A stretch of 64,000 nt of DNA from an uncultured delta proteobacterium (lineage in GTDB: Bacteria > Desulfobacterota > Desulfobacteria > Desulfobacterales > JAFDCJ01), in NCBI GenBank assembly GCA_963821065.1, contig CAWGCM010000011.1, positions 112,992-176,991 on the forward strand. Direction: 5' to 3'. Both the position numbers and the translations under genes were made by a program. This document shows, in pieces, positions 40,194-48,804 of the stretch. Position 1 is the stretch's first letter; each line of letters starts with the position of its first letter. The notes beneath the pieces were generated by a model. The model saw only the letters and a list, made by a program, of their open reading frames with translations, was not told the DNA's origin and ran no database searches.

Positions 40194-40949
40194 TCAGTGC
40201 ATAACTCCTGGCATGCCTCCGTCGATAACAAGCACTTGTCCAGTAATCGACTCCGATCGACAGAATGTGACCACTTGCGCAGCGATGTCTTCAATGCTCG
40301 CGGTTCGACCCAGTACGGCCTGCTTTCGGATCATCTCGATCATTTCTGCAGGAATCCGTTGCGCCATCCGAGTCCCTTCCACCAAACCGGGGGCGATACA
40401 GTTAACCGTCACATCGGGAGCAAGTGCGACCGCGAGACAGCGGGTGAGGTGGATCAAGCTTGCCTTGCTCGTGGCGTAGGCGATGCTGCTGCCCCCTGGG
40501 GACAATCCTGCCGCCGAGGCGATATTCACGATCCGGCCTGCTCCATGTGCACGTAAATGAGGAGCAAATGCTCTTGTCAGTAAGTACGGACCACGTGTAT
40601 TGGTTTCCTGAACCCGATCCCAAACCTCTGCGGTTAGCGCATCAAGGTCAGTGAAAGGAATGCCGATATTCCACGCTGCGTTATTGACGAGGATGTCCAC
40701 CTGACCGAATTCCCCGACCACTTTGTCCACTAACGCGTTGATAGCCTCCGGGTCACGCTGGTCAAGCTGCACAGATAGGCTTCGCCTCCCGGCTGCTTGC
40801 ACCACCTCGACAGTTTTGGTCGCACCTTCCAAGTTACCAGCATATGAGATGGCGACATCCACCCCTACAGTAGCCAAGACTCGCGCAATTGCACCGCCAA
40901 CATCACCAGATCCCCCGGTAACCAAAGCTATCTTTCCCTTAAGATCCAT
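40194..40949 (-). CDS. SDR-family oxidoreductase (FabG-like)
   Basis: 251 aa with TGGSGDVGGAIA, NNAA and YATSKASL catalytic motifs. Confidence 0.9.
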   Translation of the reverse strand: MDLKGKIALVTGGSGDVGGAIARVLATVGVDVAISYAGNLEGATKTVEVVQAAGRRSLSVQLDQRDPEAINALVDKVVGEFGQVDILVNNAAWNIGIPFTDLDALTAEVWDRVQETNTRGPYLLTRAFAPHLRAHGAGRIVNIASAAGLSPGGSSIAYATSKASLIHLTRCLAVALAPDVTVNCIAPGLVEGTRMAQRIPAEMIEMIRKQAVLGRTASIEDIAAQVVTFCRSESITGQVLVIDGGMPGVMH

Positions 40950-41287
40950 AGCACATTTTCCTTTTTATTTTGCTATATTGATGATTTCCCAAGACATTAC
41001 TTCGACGAACTAGCGGCAAACAATTGATTGTGTGAATCTGGATATCATAGCCTTTGTAATGTTATACAGTTCAAACGCGGATCGTGCCACAATAAAGATA
41101 AATAGAGTATCAAAATTTTGGGAAAAGTTGTGATACTTACTGGTTTAGATGGCAATTTAGTGGGCCTTTACGGAATGTCAGATATCTTGATAATCATCTA
41201 AAAGGCACCTCCCCATCGCAAAACGGTTTGCGATTTGTTATAAGCGGTTAAACCCACATTTAACCCCCAAACCAAAGGAGGTGCCCA

Positions 41288-42307
41288 ATGCAACTATACG
41301 CTGGTTTAGATCTTCATTCAAGAAATACTTACATCGGTATTATGGACAAAGAATTCAAACGCCTCTTTGGCAAACGAGTTTTAAATAAGTTGCCAGTGAT
41401 TTTAGATACATTAGCTCCATTCCAGGATCAACTCAAAGGAATTGTCGTTGAATCCACTTTCAATTGGTACTGGTTAATCGACGGTCTGATGGATGCCGGA
41501 TATCAGTGTGTTCACCTGGCCAATCCATCGGCGATGAAGCAATACGAAGGAATCAAGCATACCGATGATCAGCACGATGCCTTCTTTCTGGCTCAGATGC
41601 TGATTTTGGGCATCTTACCGCAAGGCTACATTTACCCCAAAGAAGACCGGCCGGTGCGTGATCTGGCACGCAAGCGGTTATTCTTAGTGCGCCATAAAAC
41701 TTCTCACATCCTCAGTCTGCAATCATTAATTGCGCGCTGCTGTGCCCAAAGAATCAGTGCCAATGAAATCAGAAAGTTTACCGTCGAAGACTTACAGCAG
41801 CTATTGAAAGAAGAACATATCGTTCTCTCCGCACAGGCCAATTTAGACACGATTGTATTTTTAAAGCAGCAAATTCAGCGACTGGAAAAAGCAATACAAA
41901 AGAAAGTAAAACTCAATAAAGCATTTCAGCAATTGATGACGGTTCCCGGCATCGGCCTTATTCTGGCCATGACCATTATGCTGGAAGTCGGCGATATCGG
42001 TCGCTTTGCCCAAGTCGGCAACTTTGCTTCCTATAGCCGCTGTGTATCTTCCCAGCGACTATCGGACGGCAAAAGCAAGGGACATGGCAACCGTAAAAAC
42101 GGTAATCGCTATCTGAGCTGGGCCTTCACTGAAGCTGCTCATTTGTCCCGTAGATACAATGAGCATTTCAGAAGCTATTATAACCGCAAAGTGGCCCAGG
42201 CAAATACGAGCCTTGCCACTAAAGCGCTGAGCAATAAACTGGCTCGGATTTGTTATTACATCATGCGAGATCAGGTTCCTTTCCGTCAGGAACTTTTATC
42301 TCAATAG
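41288..42307 (+). mobile_element. IS110-family (DEDD) transposase gene, intact; element ends not defined
   Basis: 339 aa: MQLYAGLDLHSRNTYIG..VESTFNWYWL..KHTDDQHDA..VPGIGLILA..GHGNRKNGNRYLSWAF. RBS AAGGAGG. Confidence 0.9.
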
Positions 42308-42309
42308 TT

Positions 42310-42383
42310 GGGACTGCAACGGTGATCCCGCGATATTGGTGGTTGAAAACCCCATAGCTTGGTTGGCACACCGTTGCACTCCC
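42310..42383 (+). other. Long stem-loop immediately 3' of the IS110 transposase gene (candidate IS-encoded ncRNA or element end)
   Basis: GGGACTGCAACGGTG (42310-42324) pairs with CACCGTTGCACTCCC (42369-42383) at 14 of 15 positions. Confidence 0.4.
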
Positions 42384-42951
42384 TTAAACAAAAATCCAGG
42401 CGGATGCCTTTTTTCATGATCTGCCCTTGTTGTGAGCCCTCGATGGCTGGCGCTTTTTGAGCCCTGTGTTTTGTAACAACTCCTTGGACATGGCAAGGTA
42501 CCGATGTTTTTCTGGGGTCCAATAACTGGACCAGGGGTCATAAAGAAAAAACGGATGGTTGCTCCGTTACGAGATATTGATGTCTCTTCACTACGCAACC
42601 GTCGATTTTAATTTTTTCTTAATCGACCTTGAACCTGATGGGTGCCTGGTTGCAGATCGATTAAGGATCCGCACCTAAAACTTTTGAAAACCCGGACGCA
42701 GTCAATGAAAGGGGGCTGATCCCGTTCTGGATGATGTCCCTGCAAAAAAAAATTGTACTTTTTTGCGATGGAGAGGTGTTTTCTCTTGACAGGGGCCTTT
42801 TAATGGGTGCCAGTATATGAAATGCGGCAAAAGTGCATGTATGTTTCGTATATCTCACGGTTTCTGGTGTCGTCAAGACCGGAGATACATAGCAGATAGC
42901 AAAAGCCTCAACTGGATTTCAAATATGGTATGTATTTCGTATAAATTACCT

Positions 42952-43452
42952 TCACCAATCCCCTAATAAAATTAAAGGTACGCATGGCAGATATACTGGT
43001 AGTCGGCCATGCATAAAAATATCCGTAAAACTGTTGCTGTCACCAGTCACTATATCGCTGGCACCGGAATGAAATGCTATGTGCCGGCCATCTGAAGAAA
43101 TTGACGGGTTAAAGCTACCGCCATACACTTGCTCACCCGTAGAGGAAACGCTCACACGTATGATCAAAGCCGATTGCCGCTCATGCACGAAAATATCTGT
43201 GAAACCGTTGCTGTCATTATCCACCAAGTTGCTGGCATTGGAATCAAATGCCACATACCGGCCATCGGATGAGATTGATGAATTTCTGCTTTCGTCATTC
43301 CCCTGCACACCAGTCGAGGATACGCTCACCAGTTTAGTTTGACTCCCAGCAAAAACTTCACAAGGAACCAACAGTGGCAAAAGTATGAGTACATATATAG
43401 ACAGCTGAGCTTTAGACATCCGAATGGATTTAAACATAACTTTTCTTTGCAT
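42952..43452 (-). CDS. Secreted protein with two PD40/TolB-like beta-propeller repeat motifs
   Basis: Signal peptide. Repeated unit VSVSSTG.QG....S.ISSDGR..AF.S.AS..V..DSN.FTDIF.H. Confidence 0.55.
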   Translation of the reverse strand: MQRKVMFKSIRMSKAQLSIYVLILLPLLVPCEVFAGSQTKLVSVSSTGVQGNDESRNSSISSDGRYVAFDSNASNLVDNDSNGFTDIFVHERQSALIIRVSVSSTGEQVYGGSFNPSISSDGRHIAFHSGASDIVTGDSNSFTDIFMHGRLPVYLPCVPLILLGDW

Positions 43453-43528
43453 TAGATCGTCCTCCTTCCCTCGAGGATTAATGAACGATGTCCCACCCTT
43501 AGCTCAATTTTACATCAACTTGTGACAT

Positions 43529-43627
43529 CTTGCCAAGAGCACAAACTCAGCCAATATTGCAATATATTTTAGATATCGCAAACAATTCAAGCACTTAAAA
43601 GGTTGGAATACATAGCAGAAAGCAAAA
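43529..43627. repeat. Copy B of the ~90-nt dispersed element, with an intact sigma54-like motif
   Basis: The minus strand reads TGGCTGAGTTTGTGC at 43553-43539, which is GG-N10-GC. It lies about 75 nt upstream of the 43452 start. Confidence 0.8.
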
Positions 43628-43795
43628 TCTTAGCCTTGAAAACTGGCAAAGATGATATCAAAAGTTTTTGGAATTTATAATGCGGAGGCACACTCTGGCT
43701 TGAACCTCAATCAATTATAGAAACTTAAATGCTGTTATTAGAATTCGCCTTTTGAAAGCTATATTAGAAATTCATCAGGGGCGATGCCGTTTGCA

Positions 43796-44635
43796 TCAAT
43801 CTTCTAGTAAAAGCAATGAATTCGAGGACATAGTATTCGATATTGCTCTAATTATGACATCCCAACTACCGCCGCAACTCTCCGAGGAATTGTTTGAATT
43901 AATCCATTTCCAATTACAGTCACCAGAACCGTTTTTATTTGAACTTAGAGTAACCGAAAAAAGTTCACCGGTAATGCCGTCTTTGGCTCCATCAGTCTTC
44001 TCATAGATTTTAACAAAATTGTAGATAGATCCATTAACATACCCCACTATTGGCAAAAGTAATTGCTCGCTTTGATTATCCACCAGGGTTATCAGGTTTC
44101 CGTTTTGAGTAATTTTGTATGTGCCTGAGTCTATCGGATTTGCAAATCCACAGTCGTTAGAAAAGGTGCTGTAAGAATAACTCCAGTTGCCAGTAGCATC
44201 ATAGGTGGGTGCTGTTGGCACGATCCTTATAATTGTAATATGATACAACCCAGAACAACTGGGATTTACAAAATCGGTCCAAGTCCAGATTGCCATACCG
44301 GTTCCCAGGTTATCACTGTTAAAGGTAATATCAGCGGATACGTTAAACCAACCGCCATGTTGATAGTAGGTATCAGTGTATGAGTACTTACCTTCGCTGA
44401 TCGTGCCAACAAGCGTTTTTTCAAGACTGACAATCGCGAACTCATCACCAAATTGGATAATAACGACTTGCCCTGTTTTTGGTGTATATTCAAAGGAACA
44501 ATCGTCATTGTCAAAAGGTTCAGAATAGCTCCATAAGCCGGTCGCATTTACATCGGCAGAAACCGTGGTTCCCGACAATAATAGAGCTGCCAGGGCCATA
44601 AAAAAATAAGCTGATTTTTTCATCATTTCCCCCAT
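43796..44635 (-). CDS. Secreted hypothetical protein with an internal duplication
   Basis: Signal peptide (MKKSAYFFMALAALLLSG). Two related halves: ATGLWSYSEPFDNDDCSFEY.. and ATGNWSYSYSTFSNDCGFAN.. Confidence 0.55.
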   Translation of the reverse strand: MGEMMKKSAYFFMALAALLLSGTTVSADVNATGLWSYSEPFDNDDCSFEYTPKTGQVVIIQFGDEFAIVSLEKTLVGTISEGKYSYTDTYYQHGGWFNVSADITFNSDNLGTGMAIWTWTDFVNPSCSGLYHITIIRIVPTAPTYDATGNWSYSYSTFSNDCGFANPIDSGTYKITQNGNLITLVDNQSEQLLLPIVGYVNGSIYNFVKIYEKTDGAKDGITGELFSVTLSSNKNGSGDCNWKWINSNNSSESCGGSWDVIIRAISNTMSSNSLLLLED

Positions 44636-44847
44636 TTGTGATTTAACTTTGAAAATGATTGAAACCTTGACTTGTATATTCCGTTTGCCAACAGACTCCT
44701 AGACTATCTAAAAAAACCGACTATTCACAACCTGTGTTAACTTGCCAATAGCACAACTTTACCAAAATTTCAGATACTATATATAAAAGAAAAATATCCT
44801 GAATTTTTACTTTAGCACATCTATCATTTTTTTAGTACGGTCTAAAT

Positions 44848-45267
44848 TTATAGCTTTCTATCGGCATCAATCCCTTTTGCGCAATCATCCAACCATTCCA
44901 ATATTTCTTTTAGGTCAAATGGTTTGCTAAATAATTTGCACCCAAGTTTATGTGCATATTGCCAATCGGCTCCAGATCAAGTTGTTGACATAAGGGCCCT
45001 GCATTTGACTTTACAGCCGTTAGCTATCCGATCTTTTATTAATTTCAATCCGTCTATGTTAGGCAGATAAAGATCTGAAATAATTATGTCCGAACAGACA
45101 CTATCGGACATGGCAATGTGATCAACTGTGTGAAAAAGAGGACATACACCACGATCTGAATAAGTGAATTCTTCGTATCCATGCCCACCAAGTATTTTTT
45201 CAAGGCTTTCACAAAGAACGTCATTTTCATCAAAAATCAAAACTATAGGTGTCATTTCGCATCTCAT
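44848..45267 (-). pseudogene. Receiver-domain protein interrupted by an in-frame TGA
   Basis: ..IIISDLYLPNIDGLKLIK..RALMSTT-TGA-SGADWQYAHKLGCKLFSKPFDLKEILEWL.. reads in one frame of 140 codons. TGA at 44977-44979. Confidence 0.6.
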
Positions 45268-45294
45268 AGATTGTTATTCGAGTTTTACAAATAT

Positions 45295-45393
45295 CTTGCC
45301 AAGCGCACAAACTCAGCCAATGTTGCAATATGTTTTAGATATCGAAAACAATTCAAGCACTTAAAAGGTTGGAATACATAGCAGAAAGTAAAT
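45295..45393. repeat. Copy C of the ~90-nt dispersed element, with an intact sigma54-like motif
   Basis: The minus strand reads TGGCTGAGTTTGTGC at 45319-45305, just upstream of the 45267 start. Confidence 0.8.
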
Positions 45394-45587
45394 ATCAGCA
45401 ATTTTTTAAAAAAAGGCTGTATAATTTGAAATTATTCCCGTTAAATGCTTATTGTGATATCCAATTATATCCTTTTATATCCTTCAGTTCACAATCAGTG
45501 GGCGGTACCTCTATATATTGTGGTAGCTCGATGGGCGGGAAAATCATAACCCGTTTAAACTTTGTTATGCAATCGATATATTTCCTC

Positions 45588-45739
45588 TATTTTAGGAGCA
45601 GGCAAGAAGTCCAACAAAAATATTAGCTCAAAAAAGTGTGTATTTGCTATGGCTAATCTACAAAATTATAAGCGAGTGAAAATTCGGGTGGACGATATGA
45701 TATCACAACAATTTTTTAGGCACCAAAATCTTTGCTACG
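45588..45739. repeat. Direct repeat R1 (~150 nt), partner of 52554-52695
   Basis: GCAGGCA.GAAGTCCAACAAAAATATTAGCT.AAAAAAGTGT.TATT.GC.ATGGCTAATCT.CAAAATTATAAGCGAGTGAAAATTCGG.TGGACGATATGATATCACAACAATTTTTTAGGC. About 10-14 mismatches over 142-152 nt by eye. A partial third copy lies near 57885-57930. Confidence 0.8.
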
Positions 45740-45802
45740 TTGGAGATATATGGAATCGCGATAATAGATTAGGTAGTCAGGTGGCAAGTCAGGTGGCAAG
45801 AA

Positions 45803-47926
45803 TCACTGGTCCACCTTAATTACTACCAAAGTGATATCGTCCTCCGGCGCCTCATCTCCTCGGAAACGCTCAAGTGCCTCAGTGACGGTGTCTACGATCT
45901 GTCGTGCGGACACCGATTGGTTGTTTCGGATAATTTCCATTAAAGCTTCTTTTCCGAACATCTCGCCGGCCTTATTGTGCATCTCCCAGATACCGTCGGT
46001 TCCAATCATTATAACCTGTCCAGGAACTATGCGACGGTGAAAAGAGTCGTATTCGAAAGCGTCGTCCAATCCGAGTGCCAGGCCCTGGCCTTTGAGTTCG
46101 TCAAACGTGTCCGTGGAGGGATCGTAGACCAGGGCCGGATCGTGCCCTGCGCGAACCCACTGAATCTCCGTTTCGCATTCCGTGAGCTCACAGTAGAAGA
46201 AGGTCATGAAATTGCCGGTCTGCGCGGTGTCCTGACTCAGATACCGGTTGACGTCGTTGATGATGCCGGCTGCTTCACCGGGCATAGAAGCACGCAGCAT
46301 GATCAGGGCCCGGGCTGTAGCCATGAGCAGAGCAGAAGATACGCCGTGACCCGAGACATCCCCGACGACCACGGCCAGTCCGGCCTGACCGCCCCGGCTG
46401 GTATTGATAAAATCGTAATAATCTCCGCCTGTTTCGTCACAATATATACTCGCGCCCGCAATATCGAATCCGGGGAGCGAAGGATCGCTCTGGGGCAAAA
46501 GACTCTGTTGCACCTCCTGAGCAAGTCCCAGAGCGATACTCATACGCATGTGTTCCTCGATCTTGGGGACGATATCGTTGAACGCATGGATCAGTTGGTC
46601 GCGCTCATCTTTCATACGGGGTTTGAGTCTTACCGAAAAGTCGCCCTTCGCAAGCCGCTTCCAGGCGTCGATGAGGGTCAGTATATGGCCGGTGCTGAAG
46701 CGGGAGGTGAAAAAGGCCACGATACCCACGAATAATAAGGCCAGCAGAACCGCGACACCGGTGATGGCCGTCTGCTCCTTGGAATATCCCACGAACATCT
46801 GCCCGACTTCTTCGGGCAACGTCATTACCACCGATTTGGGTACGATAATCACGAAATACTGGTCGGCATCATTCGCAGCATACGCAACGAGTGAATCCAC
46901 GCCTTTGTAAGTCATATCGAGGTATCCGGATTTCTTGTTTTTGATGAGATGAAACAGTGCTTCGATTTCCGGATGTTGGATTAATATCTCCTCCACCGAC
47001 TTCGAGCCGGCGGCGGCATTTTTATTCTGTGAGGAAAGGACCCATATTTTTTCTTTCTTTGAACTGGAATTCTTATCTACACCGACGACAAAAGAGGACA
47101 TCTTCTGAGACCATCGGGCGGCGGTTTCACTTTCCACGAGAGCATATTTAATCTTGAGGTCCATGGCGGCCACGCCGGCCAGTGAGCCGTCCGGGCGCCG
47201 GAAAGGCATGGAAACGGTTAAGGTAACCTGCCCGGTGGTGGCGTCCACGACCGGGAGCCAGCTAACCGTATTTGTCTTTAGTGCCATCTTATACCATGGG
47301 CGCTGCCTTGGGTCGTAGCCCGCCGGGTAGCCGCCGTGGCCCGGGTAAGAGATATGGATCCCGTTTTCCAGGCTGGCGTAGATCCAATAAAGTCCTTCTT
47401 GGTATTGATGGCTGATGCTTTTTAAGGTGGAGCTCAACCGAGTGAACCTGGCGATGTCCTTGGCTACGTCCTCCTTCATCGTACCGGGGGCCAAAAGGAA
47501 ATTGGGGTGTTCGCGGCTGATACGCTTATGGGATACAACGCGGCCTTCGGCGCGGATCGGATGATTCGTCGAGAACGCCATATCTTTGGGAGCTGACCGT
47601 GGATCGTCAAAATCGGCGGCATAGTAGAGTCTGGTATCTGGTGGCGGGGGCAGGGTTAGGGCAAGCTCGGCTCGGGCGGCCAGCCTCCGAAGGACCTGCT
47701 CAGATGCGAATCCCCCCAAATTAATGAGGTCGGAGTAGTTGCGGGTGGCGCGTACCATCTCCTGGCTGATCGTTTCAGTAAGGTTATTTTGAGCTCTTTC
47801 GGAAATGGTTTTTCCCAATCGCCGGGACGCGTTCTGGCTGATCCAGGTGACTGTCAACAGGGGAACTAGACTAGCTGCTACAAGAACCAGAAAGTATTTC
47901 CAGCGTAGTTTCATGGTACCTCCCAT
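45803..47926 (-). CDS. Membrane sensor: Cache-like periplasmic domain, HAMP, PP2C/SpoIIE serine phosphatase
   Basis: 707 aa with two TM segments, a HAMP region (ILTLIDAWKRLAKGDFSVRL), GGDYYDF and VVVGDVSGHGVSSALLMA PP2C motifs. Confidence 0.85.
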   Translation of the reverse strand: MGGTMKLRWKYFLVLVAASLVPLLTVTWISQNASRRLGKTISERAQNNLTETISQEMVRATRNYSDLINLGGFASEQVLRRLAARAELALTLPPPPDTRLYYAADFDDPRSAPKDMAFSTNHPIRAEGRVVSHKRISREHPNFLLAPGTMKEDVAKDIARFTRLSSTLKSISHQYQEGLYWIYASLENGIHISYPGHGGYPAGYDPRQRPWYKMALKTNTVSWLPVVDATTGQVTLTVSMPFRRPDGSLAGVAAMDLKIKYALVESETAARWSQKMSSFVVGVDKNSSSKKEKIWVLSSQNKNAAAGSKSVEEILIQHPEIEALFHLIKNKKSGYLDMTYKGVDSLVAYAANDADQYFVIIVPKSVVMTLPEEVGQMFVGYSKEQTAITGVAVLLALLFVGIVAFFTSRFSTGHILTLIDAWKRLAKGDFSVRLKPRMKDERDQLIHAFNDIVPKIEEHMRMSIALGLAQEVQQSLLPQSDPSLPGFDIAGASIYCDETGGDYYDFINTSRGGQAGLAVVVGDVSGHGVSSALLMATARALIMLRASMPGEAAGIINDVNRYLSQDTAQTGNFMTFFYCELTECETEIQWVRAGHDPALVYDPSTDTFDELKGQGLALGLDDAFEYDSFHRRIVPGQVIMIGTDGIWEMHNKAGEMFGKEALMEIIRNNQSVSARQIVDTVTEALERFRGDEAPEDDITLVVIKVDQ

Positions 47927-48260
47927 CTTCCTCCTCTGCGGCTTCAGTTCGGCAGGAATCTATGCGTCGCCGTCGTGCATGTCGCTCTTGCTATACGTTC
48001 ATTTGCACGAGAGTTGATGACCAAGGCCTTCATCTTGAATTGCGCGATAAGAGCCACGATTTAGTATCTCAAAAGTCAATCAGATGATTATCATAAGCCA
48101 AGTGAGTGAGAGCAACAACTTCTTACGTCCGCTCGATAAGGAAATTCTAATATTGCATGCAAACTTGAATATTCAAAAGTAGGGTCAACTAAGATTGAAG
48201 ATTCAAACAACTACCGATATATTGAGATAAAACGGTAAATTCCGATTCCTCTCAGAACCT

Positions 48261-48637
48261 GTGATATCAAAAAATATCACAATATTACCCAAATTGGTGA
48301 TACGTAGATGGTATCACCACAGTGGCACAATTACAGATATCACCAAAACCGTCCGCCAAGTCAAGAAAATCCCAAATTTAATTTTTTGGAAAATTATTTG
48401 AGCCGATCGGAACTTTCATTGAAGGATGGATTTTTGGGGCCGGGACATCTGTTTTGGACTTTAACAGAACATATTATAAAACCGCTTGTGATATCCATTT
48501 GAAACATGTATTTTTACCCAAGTTTGGTTTATGGCGAACTCCGGCTCCCAGATTGCACTAAAATTTGTTCCGATTCTTTGGATATCACAACCTTGCTTGA
48601 ACCGGGGTTATCTCAATAAATCACAGGTTCGGTGATA
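48261..48637. promoter_or_regulatory. Cluster of eight GTGATA/TATCAC hexamers in the divergent intergenic region (candidate operator array)
   Basis: Hits at 48261, 48275, 48297, 48312, 48338, 48488, 48583 and 48632. Two form inverted pairs: GTGATAT-CAAAAA-ATATCAC and GGTGATAC-GTAGATG-GTATCACC. Confidence 0.5.
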
Positions 48638-48804
48638 TTTAGTTTTTGCCAGGGGATATCTGCAAAATTAGCTTTAGTCCCTGACCACAACAGATCGTAT
48701 ACCCTCCAATTTGACACGAACCCATATTTACGATATTTCAATCTCACCATCCTACGCTACTTCAACATCATTCAAGCTGCATAAACATCAATGGAAGGCA
48801 CAAA

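Noticed and set aside
40037-40294. An 85-aa minus-strand ORF downstream of, and overlapping, the SDR gene end.
   Set aside because: It overlaps the SDR C-terminus in another frame. It has no RBS or recognisable domain and lies in a spacer with attC-core-like motifs.
43529-43627. The ~90-nt A/B/C element considered as an attC site or as the terminus of the IS110 element.
   Set aside because: Beyond a central 9-bp palindrome, the two halves are not complementary and there are no RYYYAAC/GTTRRRY-like ends. Only one of the three copies is next to an IS110 gene. The promoter-cassette interpretation fits better but is unproven.
45977-46910. 252-aa and 120-aa plus-strand ORFs inside the PP2C phosphatase gene.
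   Set aside because: They are antisense to a 707-aa protein with Cache/HAMP/PP2C motifs. They have no domains or RBS of their own.
48261-48637. Reading the TGTGATATC...TATCACA motifs as CRP/FNR sites (TGTGA-N6-TCACA), given the adjacent cyclase.
   Set aside because: Spacing between TGTGA and TCACA halves is 12 nt or irregular, not 6. The conserved core is GTGATATC(AC) itself, so a CRP-type assignment is not supported.
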